From the NCBI GenBank assembly GCA_965140585.1, contig OZ223265.1, forward strand, positions 64,001 to 128,000: a DNA stretch of 64,000 bases. Reading direction: 5' to 3'. Below, piece after piece: positions 40,010 through 50,687 of the stretch (positions are counted from its first letter, which is position 1; each line of letters opens with the position of its first letter). The translations under genes were made by a program, and so were the position numbers. The notes beneath the pieces are model-generated. The model worked only from the letters and a program-made list of their open reading frames with translations. It did not search any database and had not been told where the DNA came from. The stretch is from Spirochaetia bacterium. Its GTDB lineage: Bacteria > Spirochaetota > Spirochaetia > UBA9216.

Positions 40010-41473
40010 TTAGAGTTTATTTATCGCCAGATCAATCCTGCCAAGAGCCGTATCAAGACCAAGCAGCCTGATAGATGCAAAAAGAGGCGGCGACACCCGG
40101 CTTCCGGTAACTGCAACACGCAAAGGAGCAAGCAGATCCCCCAGCTTGTAGCTGCTTTCCTCGGAAAGAGACTTAAAAGCTTCTTCAAGCTGTTCATCAT
40201 CAAGCTCTCCAACCTTCTCTATAAGCGGACGACCAAGCTGTAGAATCTCTTTTGTAGATGCGGCATCCTGCTTTTTAGGGATAAGCTCCTCAGCTTCGTA
40301 GCCTGAAATGTCCTGAAAAAGGAAGGCAGTCATCGGAACAATGTCGGAAAGAAGCTTCAGCCTCTCCTTAACAATCGGAATAAGCCCATTAATCAGCTCA
40401 CTCTGCCCGGGTGCAGGCGGATTCTCCAGGCATCCCGCTTCAGCGAGGTAGGGGATAATCTTTGCTTTAAGCTCATCATCGCTCAGTTTTCTTATGTACT
40501 GACCGTTAAACCAGTCGAGTTTCTTGTAGTCGAACACCCCGGGAGCCTTGTTCAGCTTGGTAATTGTAAAAAGCTCTTCAAGCTCTTCTTTTGTGAAGAA
40601 CTCACGTGAGTCGTCATAGGACCAGCCTATAAGCGATACATAGTTGATGATTGCCTCCGGCAGGTAACCCTGTGCAATAAAATCACGAAGACTTGTTGAA
40701 CCATGACGCTTCGACAGTTTCTGTCCATCCTTTCCCATAACCATCGGAAGATGGCAGTAAAGCGGCGGCTCCCATTCAAACGCCTTGTATAAAAGTATGT
40801 GAAGCGGTCCTGAGGGAAGCCACTCCTGAGCACGCAGGATGTGAGTAATATTCATATGATGATCATCAATGATATTTGCCAGATGATATGTAGGAAAACC
40901 ATCCGACTTCAACAGTACCGGATCTGGGTTGATATCACGGGTTTTACGCTTAACATCTCCCAGAAGCTCATCATGGAATACAACCATTCCATCCAGAGGT
41001 ATTTTAAAACGTATTACAGGTTTTATCCCCTGTTTCTCATACTCCGCTCGCTGCTCGGCGGTGAGGTCGCGACAGTGCCTGTCATAGCCCTGCTGGGATT
41101 TTTTATCCTTCTGCTGCTCTTCTCGAAGCTTATCAAGTCTTTCAGGTGTGCAGTAGCAGTAGTAGGCCTTCCCCTCTGCAACAAGTTTCTCGGCATATTC
41201 CTTGTACATTTCAAAGCGCTCACTCTGCACATAGGGTCCGCAATCTCCGCCTTTGTCCGGGCCTTCATCCCACTCAATTCCGAGCCACTTGAAAGTATCA
41301 TACAGGTCCTGAAGCGATTCGTCGCTGTAGCGGACCTGATCGGTATCCTCTATTCTGAGTATGAATTTACCGCCCTCGCTGCGGGCGAAAAAATAGTTAA
41401 AAAGTGCTGTTCTAACACCGCCGATATGCTGAAGCCCGGTCGGTGAAGGTGCGTATCTGACTCTTACACTCAT
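40010..41473 (-). CDS. gltX: Glutamate--tRNA ligase
   Basis: RYAPSPTG..HIGG, RIEDTD, KLSKR. Confidence 0.97.
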   Translation of the reverse strand: MSVRVRYAPSPTGLQHIGGVRTALFNYFFARSEGGKFILRIEDTDQVRYSDESLQDLYDTFKWLGIEWDEGPDKGGDCGPYVQSERFEMYKEYAEKLVAEGKAYYCYCTPERLDKLREEQQKDKKSQQGYDRHCRDLTAEQRAEYEKQGIKPVIRFKIPLDGMVVFHDELLGDVKRKTRDINPDPVLLKSDGFPTYHLANIIDDHHMNITHILRAQEWLPSGPLHILLYKAFEWEPPLYCHLPMVMGKDGQKLSKRHGSTSLRDFIAQGYLPEAIINYVSLIGWSYDDSREFFTKEELEELFTITKLNKAPGVFDYKKLDWFNGQYIRKLSDDELKAKIIPYLAEAGCLENPPAPGQSELINGLIPIVKERLKLLSDIVPMTAFLFQDISGYEAEELIPKKQDAASTKEILQLGRPLIEKVGELDDEQLEEAFKSLSEESSYKLGDLLAPLRVAVTGSRVSPPLFASIRLLGLDTALGRIDLAINKL

Positions 41474-41507
41474 AAAAAATCCTGCCTTGGTTTCTATTAT
41501 CCGTATT

Positions 41508-42728
41508 TTACTTTTCCTGACGATATCCCGACAGAAAATCTGTCATCTCTGCAGCAGCCCTTTCAAGTTCCTTCACGACCGGAAGAAAAACCAGCCTGAA
41601 ATGATCCGGTTTTTTCCAGTTAAAACCGGTTCCCTGAACAAGAAGAATGTGTTTACTTCTCAGAAAATCAAGAACAAACTGCATATCATCAGTAATATTA
41701 AATTTCTCAGTATCAATTTTGGGGAAGCAGTATAGCGCCCCTTTGGGTTTCACACAACTGATCCCCGGGATTTCATTAAATAGCTTCCAGGCTGCGTTGC
41801 GCTGCTCATAAAGCCGGCCGCCCGGAACAATAAGTTCGGTTATACTCTGGTAACCGCCCAGGCTGGTCTGAACTGCAAACTGGGCCGGAACATTCGCGCA
41901 TAACCTCATATTTGAGAGGATGTTAAGCCCTTCAATATAGTCAGCCGCAATCCGCTTGTTTCCGCTTAAGATCATCCACCCTGCCCTGAATCCCGGAGCA
42001 CGGTAGACCTTAGACAGCCCACCGAAAGTAATAAAAAATACATCATCAGCCAGTGAGGCCGGAGATATGTAAAAATCCTGATCGTAGATGATCTTGTCGT
42101 AGATCTCATCAGAAAAAATGATAAGCTCATGCTTTCTGGCAAGTTCTATCATCTGCTCAAGAATCTCCGGCGGATAGACCGCTCCGGTTGGATTATTCGG
42201 ACTGATTATAACCATTGCCACTGTACTGTCGGTGATCTTCGATTCCATATCGGCAATATCCGGATACCAGTCCGATTCTTCATCACAGAGGTAGTGAACG
42301 GCTTTACCTCCCGACAGAGTGACGGATGCGGTCCAAAGCGGGTAATCAGGCATTGGAACAAGGACTTCATCCCCATTATTTAAAAGACCGTTCATCGTCA
42401 TTGAGATGAGCTCGGACACGCCGTTTCCAAGATAGATATCATCGACATCAACACCCTGAATCCGCTTCTGCTGACAGTTGTGCATTACCGCCTTCCGTGC
42501 AGCGAAAATACCCTTTGAATCAGAGTACCCCTCTGCGTCACGAAGATTCATTATCATGTCACGAACAACTTCATCAGGGGTAAACAGCCCGAAGGGTGCG
42601 GTATTACCGATATTCAGTTTAAGAATGTTAGCGCCTTCAGCCTGAAGTCTTTCGGCCTCAGCCATGATAGGCCCTCTGATGTCGTAGCACACGTTGTCAA
42701 GCTTTGCTGATTTACTGAACTTTCTCAT
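41508..42728 (-). CDS. alaA: PLP-dependent aminotransferase class I (AlaA-like)
   Basis: CYDIRGP, LNIGN, PNNPTG, DEIY, GLSK. Confidence 0.88.
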   Translation of the reverse strand: MRKFSKSAKLDNVCYDIRGPIMAEAERLQAEGANILKLNIGNTAPFGLFTPDEVVRDMIMNLRDAEGYSDSKGIFAARKAVMHNCQQKRIQGVDVDDIYLGNGVSELISMTMNGLLNNGDEVLVPMPDYPLWTASVTLSGGKAVHYLCDEESDWYPDIADMESKITDSTVAMVIISPNNPTGAVYPPEILEQMIELARKHELIIFSDEIYDKIIYDQDFYISPASLADDVFFITFGGLSKVYRAPGFRAGWMILSGNKRIAADYIEGLNILSNMRLCANVPAQFAVQTSLGGYQSITELIVPGGRLYEQRNAAWKLFNEIPGISCVKPKGALYCFPKIDTEKFNITDDMQFVLDFLRSKHILLVQGTGFNWKKPDHFRLVFLPVVKELERAAAEMTDFLSGYRQEK

Positions 42729-42729
42729 T

Positions 42730-43515
42730 TTATTCTTTGTACATCCATTTTAAAGCATCATTTATTATGCTCCGCAGAAAGAGAATCTGAATATTCTCTT
42801 TTTCTCTTTCAATATGCTTTGCAAAGTCCCCGGCATTCATTGCACTGCCGAGTTTATCTTTTTCCGCTGCAAACTGCACAGAATCAAGTTCATTTTCAAA
42901 GGTTGATGCAAGATACAGCGATACAAGTCTCAGGACAGGATCCTCGGATAAAAACAGGCCTGAAATGATTTCAAGAGCCTCTGTACGCTCGCCAAGCTGC
43001 AGAAGTGCAAAACCAAGATCCCACTTAAGCCAGCCGCTGTTTTTTCCTTTGACATCAGTGTATCTGCTGTAGAATGTCTTCATTGCAGCGGCATCCTGCC
43101 CCAACAGATAGGGAATGCCAAGCTGAACAGCCCATTTGTCGTCTTTTCCGGCATCTAAAAGAGGTTGTTCAAGTTTTTTGAGATCTTCAAGAGATGACGT
43201 TGCAATACAAGTACTGACGTATAGTTTGATGTACAGTCCCAAAAAACGCTTTTTAACAAGCAGCTTGTCTTCAAGATAGCTTTTAAGTGCTGGCCAGTTC
43301 TCGGTTTCCAGGTAATCAAGAAGCTTCCGGTTCATAAAATAAATGATGTTTATGGCGACAAGCAGGACAAAAAAGATCACAGCCAGGTACCAGCTGTCCT
43401 TCCAGAAAACACTTCCGAAATCGCTTCCAAGCATTATTCCCGGCAGCAGAAATATGAGCAGAAATGAAAAAACAATCAGAATATTAAACGAAATAAAAAT
43501 TATCTTAAATTTCAC
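42730..43515 (-). CDS. Hypothetical membrane protein
   Basis: Two N-terminal TM helices; adjacent to aminotransferase. Confidence 0.75.
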   Translation of the reverse strand: MKFKIIFISFNILIVFSFLLIFLLPGIMLGSDFGSVFWKDSWYLAVIFFVLLVAINIIYFMNRKLLDYLETENWPALKSYLEDKLLVKKRFLGLYIKLYVSTCIATSSLEDLKKLEQPLLDAGKDDKWAVQLGIPYLLGQDAAAMKTFYSRYTDVKGKNSGWLKWDLGFALLQLGERTEALEIISGLFLSEDPVLRLVSLYLASTFENELDSVQFAAEKDKLGSAMNAGDFAKHIEREKENIQILFLRSIINDALKWMYKE

Positions 43516-43634
43516 CTTAAAAACTCCTATAATAAAAAGAAGGGGTACTTTCTGCTCTTTTGTAAAAAATTTACTATAATATTATCAGTAAAGATATTAC
43601 TTTAATATTATAATGGGGTCAACGAGGAATAACA

Positions 43635-44789
43635 ATGAATGAGATATCAATCGGCAACCTGCCTGAAAGGGCATTCACTTCGGAACCAATCTTTCTGGAC
43701 AAGAATTATATACTTCTCAGTCCCGAAACTCCTCTCATTCCCTCGCTGAAAAGAAGACTTGAAGAATGGGGCTTTGCCGCAGTTTACGCAGACATTGAAC
43801 CCGAGTTTACAGAACTTTCAATAAATGAAGAAACAGAAGGTCTCCTTCTTAAAAAGGCAGCTGCAGAATCTGAAGAGGAAAATGAAGCAGTTGTATTCTA
43901 CAGGGAACTGACACAGTTCATGATGTCAATGTTCAATGTTGAAGATCGTAAAGACCCTAAACTTGTCCCGGTAACTGATAAGGTTAAAAAGCTTATAGCC
44001 ATGATGAAAACCCACAAGGAATTTCTTCTTAATCTTGCAGATTTCGGCGATACCGAGGGAGATTACAGTGTTTCCCAGAGTGTGAAAACGGCGATCCTTG
44101 CAATTGCCATGTCTGAAACCCTCAGGTTTCCGGCACACAAGCAGATGGATCTTGGAGTTTCAGCGCTTATGCATCGTATAGGTGTAATGCAGATACCACG
44201 GGAACTCTTCTTTGCTGACCGGGCACTCACCCCCGAAGAAAGAAAAAATATCTCACTGTTTCCGGTTTTAGGATACCGGACACTCAAAGCTGCAGAATTT
44301 CCCCTGCCAATCATCCTTGCGGTTCTTGAGCATCGTGAAAATATTGACGGCTCCGGCTATCCGCGTGGCCTGACAGGCGATAAAATAAGCCTCTATGGTA
44401 AAATCCTGGCTGTCGCCAGTTCCTACTGTGCTGCAGTTTCCAAAAGACCTTTCAGAGAAAACATGGACGGTCATTCCGGAATCATTGATCTGCTTAAAGA
44501 CCGAGGAACCAAGTATGATGAAAAAATACTCAGGGTGCTGCTGCTTACCCTTACGGTCTACCCTATCGGAACCTATGTACGCATGAGCGACGGTTCCATC
44601 GGTATTGTTTACCAGACCAATTCAGAAGAACCCAAATTCCCGGTACTCAAGATGCTCTTTGACGCCAACAGCAGGCTGTATGCCGAAATGCCGATACTTC
44701 ACACCAGTGCGGCCGATGAGGTACAGATAAAGAGAGCCCTGACAAAGGATGAAGTTGAATCTCTCAGACTTGATATTGAAAAAAAATAA
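43635..44789 (+). CDS. HD-GYP domain protein, degenerate HD
   Basis: HRENIDGSGYPRGL present; MHRIG replaces LHDIG. Confidence 0.85.
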   Translation: MNEISIGNLPERAFTSEPIFLDKNYILLSPETPLIPSLKRRLEEWGFAAVYADIEPEFTELSINEETEGLLLKKAAAESEEENEAVVFYRELTQFMMSMFNVEDRKDPKLVPVTDKVKKLIAMMKTHKEFLLNLADFGDTEGDYSVSQSVKTAILAIAMSETLRFPAHKQMDLGVSALMHRIGVMQIPRELFFADRALTPEERKNISLFPVLGYRTLKAAEFPLPIILAVLEHRENIDGSGYPRGLTGDKISLYGKILAVASSYCAAVSKRPFRENMDGHSGIIDLLKDRGTKYDEKILRVLLLTLTVYPIGTYVRMSDGSIGIVYQTNSEEPKFPVLKMLFDANSRLYAEMPILHTSAADEVQIKRALTKDEVESLRLDIEKK

Positions 44790-44890
44790 CAGGCAGTTTT
44801 CAAATCTATATTGACGATATGCCTGATTTTAATTAGCCTGTATCTCCGAATTAACGGTAAAACGATAATCAACCAATTACGAGGTCTCTG

Positions 44891-45883
44891 TTGTTGAACA
44901 CCACTATAAATGATGTTATGGCAGAAATAATCGCTCCTGCAACTTCTGAACTGACAGATCCTGAGATTTTGATAATCAGAGATGCGTTTGAAGCGGTAAC
45001 TAACGGAATGCATAATCCGGAAGCCCTTCAGGCTCTTGATTCAGATGTTGCACGTGATGATCTGATGCCATGGAAATATATAATTCATGCTATCCAGTCT
45101 TTCTATGATCGGGATTTTCCCGAAATGGAATCCTACCTTAGCATGGTCGATGATAAAGCTCCTCCTGCACAGCTTAAATCGCTGCTGTTTCATATGTCGG
45201 GGCTTAAGGCTTTTGAACATGAACCATGCTACCGTGAGGAATCTCTGCTTAAAAAAATTACCCGTGAAAGCAGCTACATTTCAAATGTTTCATTAAAACT
45301 CAGGAAAGCTCTTCAGCAGAATGCAGAAGTATTCGCAGAAACCGCCTCCCTGATAATAAAAGAGCTTAAATCACAGAACTTTGAAGCATCAAGAAAGCTG
45401 GCTCTGTGGAGCTTTCGTGAATGTCTTGCACGAGAAATAGATGAGGAACCGCTTGCCGATAATATACTGATGATATTCGGCCAGGCGGAAGGGCTCAGGC
45501 TGATTGCCCTCGGCCTGCTTGAAGAGGATCCGGGTTCATCATTGATCTGTTTCATGCGCTCGCTTGTTAATCGGCTCTCAGAGCGGAATATAACCTCTGA
45601 AGAAACACAGGCATTCCTTGATGTGCTCTGTTCTCTTGCCAATCACTGCAGCACTGATGATTCTGTTATCAGTGAAATTAGCGAGCTGGTCAGACTGCTC
45701 GAATCTGAAATCAGAATCAATTTCAGCATTAGCACAGCCGCTGAATCAGATTCTGCCGTCGAATTGCTTGTCCAAATACGGGAAGCCTTTGATACAGATG
45801 AGCTATATGACTACAGCATCTGTAAACCGGAAGCAGAGAGTCCTGTACAGACAAGGGCTCCGGTTCAGCTGGAATTATTCTGA
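44891..45883 (+). CDS. Hypothetical protein
   Basis: 330-aa ORF, GAGG SD, ends QLELF. Confidence 0.7.
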   Translation: MLNTTINDVMAEIIAPATSELTDPEILIIRDAFEAVTNGMHNPEALQALDSDVARDDLMPWKYIIHAIQSFYDRDFPEMESYLSMVDDKAPPAQLKSLLFHMSGLKAFEHEPCYREESLLKKITRESSYISNVSLKLRKALQQNAEVFAETASLIIKELKSQNFEASRKLALWSFRECLAREIDEEPLADNILMIFGQAEGLRLIALGLLEEDPGSSLICFMRSLVNRLSERNITSEETQAFLDVLCSLANHCSTDDSVISEISELVRLLESEIRINFSISTAAESDSAVELLVQIREAFDTDELYDYSICKPEAESPVQTRAPVQLELF

Positions 45884-45891
45884 GGTTAGCA

Positions 45892-46095
45892 ATGAAATAC
45901 ACTAATTTGGATTATGCAGATCTTTTAGACATACACAGAAATCCGGAAGCCAACGCAGGCAGTACAATTCTAAAAGTGCTTTCTCCGGGGCTGCTTGAAA
46001 AACCGGAAGACCTTGAGAAAATGGTATCAGCAAAATACCGTTATACCGGACCGGGAAAATGGTACCGAGTGATAAGGGAAAAATACACAGAATAA
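45892..46095 (+). CDS. Small hypothetical protein
   Basis: 67-aa ORF with GAGG SD filling the intergenic space. Confidence 0.6.
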   Translation: MKYTNLDYADLLDIHRNPEANAGSTILKVLSPGLLEKPEDLEKMVSAKYRYTGPGKWYRVIREKYTE

Positions 46096-46139
46096 AATAT
46101 CATTTGAGTTTCAGCTGAATTTGTCCAATAATTAACATT

Positions 46140-47798
46140 ATGAAAGAACTTAATGTTATCCTGCCGGATAAATCCGAAATAAAGGCTGCAGCCGGGACAG
46201 ACTTTTATACACTTTTAAAAGATCACGAAATGCTTGGCAGCGGAGATGAAACTGTTACAGCCGTCCTCGTAAACAACGAGCTTCAAAGCCTGGCCTCTGC
46301 ACTTGTCACAGACTCTGAACTTACCCCTGTTCTGATAAAATCAAACTCCGGAGCGAGAGTTTACCGGAAAACTCTCACTGCGCTTGTCTCAATGGTCTGC
46401 GAACAGCTGTATCCTGATAAAAGGCTTATAATTGGACATTCTCTAAGTACTGGATATTTCTGCTACTTCGATAATGAAACCCAGGTTACAGAAAAACAGC
46501 TGCTGGATATCGAAAGAGAAATGAACAAGCTCATTGAGCAGAACCTGTACATCATTCCGGAACTTATGAACTATCAGGTTGCAGAAAAACTTTTCAGCGG
46601 AAATGAATCAAAGCGCCTGCTTCTTAAATACAAGAACGACGCAGTTCTGCCAGTAATCCGCATTGGAGACTGGGTGGATCTGTCATTTGAACCGCTAATG
46701 CCTCTGACCGGAATGCTTACAACATTTGAAATAATGAGCAATCAGCCAGGCTTTGTACTTCGCTTCCCGCACGCAGGGGCCCCGGGCTGCATCGACACAT
46801 TTGAGGACAATCCCCTGCTCCGTGATATTTACACTGAATACAAAGCCTGGGGAAAGATACTAAATGTGGACAGTGCAGGTAAGTTAAACAGTATTGCAGG
46901 GACAAAGGATGTGCAGCAGTTTATCTGGGTAGCCGAAGCCCTGCATGAGAAAAAGCTTTCGCAGATTGCAGATCAGATAAATGAAAAGCGTGAAGATCTG
47001 CGTGTTGTTCTTATTGCCGGACCTTCATCCTCCGGAAAAACAACATTTACCAAAAAGCTGGCTATTCACCTGAAGGTGCTCGGCTTCAATCCCCTTTTGA
47101 TATCGCTTGATGATTACTACGTTCCGAGGGAACAGACTCCCCGTGACGAAAACGGCGACTACGACTTCGAAGCCCTTGAAGCAATCGATATCAAACTGCT
47201 CAACGATGATCTGCTCTCATTATTCGCCGGGAAGGAAACTGAAATTCCGACCTTTAATTTCAAGACTGGTGAGCGCGAATACAAAGACCACAAAATTCAG
47301 ATGGAGCACAGAAATATTCTGCTTATCGAAGGTATTCACGGCCTGAATGACAGGCTTACCGAACGTATTCCCGCAAGGCAGAAATTCAAAATTTACATCT
47401 CTGCACTGACTCAGCTTAATATTGATGATAACAACCGGATTGCCACTACCGACAACCGGCTTCTCAGGCGTATAGTCAGAGATTCTCAGTTCAGGGGTTA
47501 CGATGCTCTTAAAACACTGGGAATGTGGGGTTCGGTAAGACGGGGTGAAAAGAAGAATATCTTTCCATTTCAGAACAACGCTGATGCAGTTTTCAATTCA
47601 GCCCTTGATTATGAACTGCCGGTTCTTAAAAACCTTGCTATTCCGGTTCTCAAGGCAGTTAAACCCATGAACCGCGAATATGCGGAAGCTGTAAGACTAA
47701 TTTCATTTCTGGATAACTTTATTACAATACAGCCTAAATATGTACCGATGAACTCAATACTCAGAGAGTTCATCGGCGATTCAGGTTTTAAATACTGA
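46140..47798 (+). CDS. Nucleoside (uridine) kinase with N-terminal ThrRS-like domain
   Basis: AGPSSSGKTT, LDDYY, EGIHGLN, RRIVRD, FPFQ. Confidence 0.9.
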   Translation: MKELNVILPDKSEIKAAAGTDFYTLLKDHEMLGSGDETVTAVLVNNELQSLASALVTDSELTPVLIKSNSGARVYRKTLTALVSMVCEQLYPDKRLIIGHSLSTGYFCYFDNETQVTEKQLLDIEREMNKLIEQNLYIIPELMNYQVAEKLFSGNESKRLLLKYKNDAVLPVIRIGDWVDLSFEPLMPLTGMLTTFEIMSNQPGFVLRFPHAGAPGCIDTFEDNPLLRDIYTEYKAWGKILNVDSAGKLNSIAGTKDVQQFIWVAEALHEKKLSQIADQINEKREDLRVVLIAGPSSSGKTTFTKKLAIHLKVLGFNPLLISLDDYYVPREQTPRDENGDYDFEALEAIDIKLLNDDLLSLFAGKETEIPTFNFKTGEREYKDHKIQMEHRNILLIEGIHGLNDRLTERIPARQKFKIYISALTQLNIDDNNRIATTDNRLLRRIVRDSQFRGYDALKTLGMWGSVRRGEKKNIFPFQNNADAVFNSALDYELPVLKNLAIPVLKAVKPMNREYAEAVRLISFLDNFITIQPKYVPMNSILREFIGDSGFKY

Positions 47799-47802
47799 GA
47801 TG

Positions 47803-47827
47803 AGAGCAGGAGACTATCCCCTGCTCT
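47803..47827. terminator. Hairpin between convergent genes
   Basis: AGAGCAGG/CCTGCTCT inverted repeat. Confidence 0.6.
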
Positions 47828-47832
47828 ATCTG

Positions 47833-48582
47833 CTAATCCCAGGTATCATCTTCACTATCGTGCTGTTTTATTGATCCCAGTCCGTCTTTTTCAACATCCA
47901 GACGTCTTACATCACCGGAATATTCCAGTCGTCCAAGACCGCTGATGCGTCCGGCAAGTGTTCCTCCGTCCATATTGATTTCAACATTTCCGGCGCCGTC
48001 AAGGGTGACATCAGCATTCACAATATCACAGCGTTTAAGATCAACGTTCACAGCACCTTCAGATACAAGGTTAAGATTTTCAATTCTAGAATCTTCGCCG
48101 TGAACATTGGCAGCACCTGCAACAACAACATTCAGCTCATCCAGTTCGTAGCCTTCAAAGTTAGCATTGGCTATTCCTTCTACATCAAGAAGTTTCAGAT
48201 CAGGCATATGGATAGTCATGGAAATGCCTGAGTTGGTGTTGTACGGCGGCTTGATAGCCAGAAGAAGTTCATCACCAGATTTTTCAACCCTGCTCTCCTG
48301 TTCATCTTTTTCACTGAAATAGCCGCTTACTGAAAACTCATCATCCTTAATAATAAGAACATCCCAGGCGCCTTCCATTTTAATACTGTCAAAACCGTCA
48401 ATATCAAAAACCTTCTCAGTCTTATCTGTATCCTGATGAAAACTGAACTTTCCGCCTGAGTTTTCAGTCTCTTCAATAACCAGGTATTCTTTTACTATTC
48501 CCCGCAGCGATATCATAAATATCAGCATTACAACAAGCAGCGCAGCTGCAAGAATTAAAATATACTTATTGGAGTTTTTCAT
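47833..48582 (-). CDS. DUF2807/GIN-domain (adhesin-head-like) protein
   Basis: N-terminal TM; repeated GA/GLG beta-helix pattern, I.MPDL. Confidence 0.78.
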   Translation of the reverse strand: MKNSNKYILILAAALLVVMLIFMISLRGIVKEYLVIEETENSGGKFSFHQDTDKTEKVFDIDGFDSIKMEGAWDVLIIKDDEFSVSGYFSEKDEQESRVEKSGDELLLAIKPPYNTNSGISMTIHMPDLKLLDVEGIANANFEGYELDELNVVVAGAANVHGEDSRIENLNLVSEGAVNVDLKRCDIVNADVTLDGAGNVEINMDGGTLAGRISGLGRLEYSGDVRRLDVEKDGLGSIKQHDSEDDTWD

Positions 48583-48953
48583 TCCGCATCCTCCTGAAGT
48601 TTGTAATCTTCAAACATCACCTTTAATTCATCAAAATCTATCTTCAGCATCTTCAATATTCTGAAAAAATACGGAAGTTCATTCTTTATAAAATCATCCT
48701 TTTTCATTTTTGCAATCAGCTCCCTGGAGTTTTCTCCAACAAAATATCCGATACCCCGTTTATTGAAAATAATTTCTTCATCCTGCAGGTACGAATATGC
48801 CCTCATCACCGTATTTGGATTAACCTCAATCTCAATAGCCATCTCACGTACTGACGGAATACGGTCTTCTTCTTTCCAGCTTCCATTCATAATATTTTCA
48901 CAGATATAATCTGCTATCTGAACATATATCGCTTTCTTTTCCTTAAACTCCAT
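48579..48953 (-). CDS. GntR-family regulator, YtrA subfamily
   Basis: IYVQIAD, IPSVREMA..VNPNTVMRAY, KRGIGYFV; 124 aa. Confidence 0.92.
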   Translation of the reverse strand: MEFKEKKAIYVQIADYICENIMNGSWKEEDRIPSVREMAIEIEVNPNTVMRAYSYLQDEEIIFNKRGIGYFVGENSRELIAKMKKDDFIKNELPYFFRILKMLKIDFDELKVMFEDYKLQEDAE

Positions 48954-49743
48954 CTGAAACCTCCAGTTCTCTAAGTTTCAGCCATGAGCCGAACCAGCAA
49001 ACCGGAGCGAGAAGTCCGAAGTACAGGATTTTTGAGAACAGTGCAAGACTTCCAATAAGTGATTCAAGTCTTGCCGAGTCAAAACCATCAGCCATGGTTA
49101 TATTGAAATCAAAATGACCGCGCATAAGAATCCAGAAATAATCATTAAAAACCAGCCAGCCTACAAGTGACCCCAGTATGGATATTGATATTGAAATCAC
49201 AGCAATCGCAAGTACAGTTTTTATCAGGTTATGGCTCTTAAACCATGCTGCACCGAGCACAAATACTGACTGAATAATTATGTAATGTCCCATAAGTTTC
49301 CAGATAAAGGGATCAAACGGGTTAAACATTGGAAAAGGCTCACCCAGAATAACCCTGACAACAAGAAGTGAGAGCAGGCTGAAAAGGAAATAAAGAACCA
49401 GTGTCAGCAGCAGAAACACAACTGTATGCATGAGAAGCCTTGAAAGGAACTTTTCAAGGGTTGACGCCGGAAGCATCAACCACTCATGGTTTTTAAGTTT
49501 CTTATGTGATTCCCTGAAGGCCGAGGCTGTCGCAATTATCCCAACAACAAAGATCAGGTTAGCCATGAACCCCCTGTGCATTGAGGGATCAAGAGTCTCG
49601 GTTTTTGCACCGATTATTTCCGCCAGAAGATAAAAACCGAAAAACGCACCAATTGTAATAAGATAAACCTTCCAGTTTTTACTGATGTCCTTTTTTATAA
49701 GCCAGTAAATTCTTACCGGATTTAAATAATTATCGAGTGTCAT
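48943..49743 (-). CDS. ABC-2-type permease
   Basis: Six TM helices, LMLPASTLEKF. Confidence 0.82.
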   Translation of the reverse strand: MTLDNYLNPVRIYWLIKKDISKNWKVYLITIGAFFGFYLLAEIIGAKTETLDPSMHRGFMANLIFVVGIIATASAFRESHKKLKNHEWLMLPASTLEKFLSRLLMHTVVFLLLTLVLYFLFSLLSLLVVRVILGEPFPMFNPFDPFIWKLMGHYIIIQSVFVLGAAWFKSHNLIKTVLAIAVISISISILGSLVGWLVFNDYFWILMRGHFDFNITMADGFDSARLESLIGSLALFSKILYFGLLAPVCWFGSWLKLRELEVSDGV

Positions 49744-50579
49744 TTTGCACCTCCACCAATAATTGTCTCAAGTGAATCACTGCAGCTGATCACCATATTA
49801 AACAGAAACTCAAGATCAAATTCCCTTCCGCTGCCTTCACCGGATTTAACAGCACAAAGCCATCCTCCAAGTACTTTTTCTGAATATACCGCCTCACCTT
49901 CACCGGGCTGTTTATCAGTCAGTACAAGATCAAGTGAGGAGGTGACATCTTCCATAGTGTGATTAAAGATAATCTTACCATCTTCAACTATAACAATAGG
50001 ATCTATCAGATTTTCCATATCACGTACCTGATGAGTTGAAACCAGAATCAGTCTCTCATCAGATGCCCCTGCAGCAACAAGCCGTCGGAACTGGCTCTTC
50101 GAAGGGATATCAAGCCCATTAGTCGGCTCATCCAGAAGCAGGATGCTTGACCAGGTTGCCAGGCCGAATGCAATCATGAATTTCTTTTTCTGCCCGTATG
50201 ACATAGTGCTTAGTTTCTGCGATGCAGATACTTCAAACTCAGCAGCGCACTCATTAAAAAACTCCCTGCTGAATCTCGGGTAAAAGGGTGAGTATGATTC
50301 TATATACCTGTCACCGGACATTGCCGGGAGATCGAATTCTTCTGGCAGGTAATAAATCTCTGAAAGCATCATAGGACTCCGCTTTCCGGAATCATATCCG
50401 GCAGCCATGCATTCTCCGCCGTGTCTGAAAAGTTCCCCGGCAATCAGTTTAAGCAGACTGGATTTACCGGCGCCGTTTTTGCCAAGAAGGCCGTAGAGTC
50501 CGGGTTCCAGTTCAAGGTTCAAACCGGAAAACAGCTTTTTCTTTTCATAGGAAAAGGAAAGGTCTCTGATTTGTATCAT
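49740..50579 (-). CDS. ABC transporter ATP-binding protein
   Basis: GKNGAGKS, MSYGQKKK, LLDEPTNGLD. Confidence 0.93.
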   Translation of the reverse strand: MIQIRDLSFSYEKKKLFSGLNLELEPGLYGLLGKNGAGKSSLLKLIAGELFRHGGECMAAGYDSGKRSPMMLSEIYYLPEEFDLPAMSGDRYIESYSPFYPRFSREFFNECAAEFEVSASQKLSTMSYGQKKKFMIAFGLATWSSILLLDEPTNGLDIPSKSQFRRLVAAGASDERLILVSTHQVRDMENLIDPIVIVEDGKIIFNHTMEDVTSSLDLVLTDKQPGEGEAVYSEKVLGGWLCAVKSGEGSGREFDLEFLFNMVISCSDSLETIIGGGAK

Positions 50580-50589
50580 TACATACTCC

Positions 50590-50623
50590 TTATTAGTGTA
50601 CTATATCTCTATTACACTAATAA
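50590..50623. promoter_or_regulatory. YtrA-type operator
   Basis: TTATTAGTGTA-12-TACACTAATAA perfect inverted repeat just downstream of TTGACA-17-TACGTT (50650-50622). Confidence 0.8.
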
Positions 50624-50687
50624 CGTATATCATCCATTGAAGTTTGTCAACAAATTTCGAAACATATTTGGTAATTTATAAAAGAAT

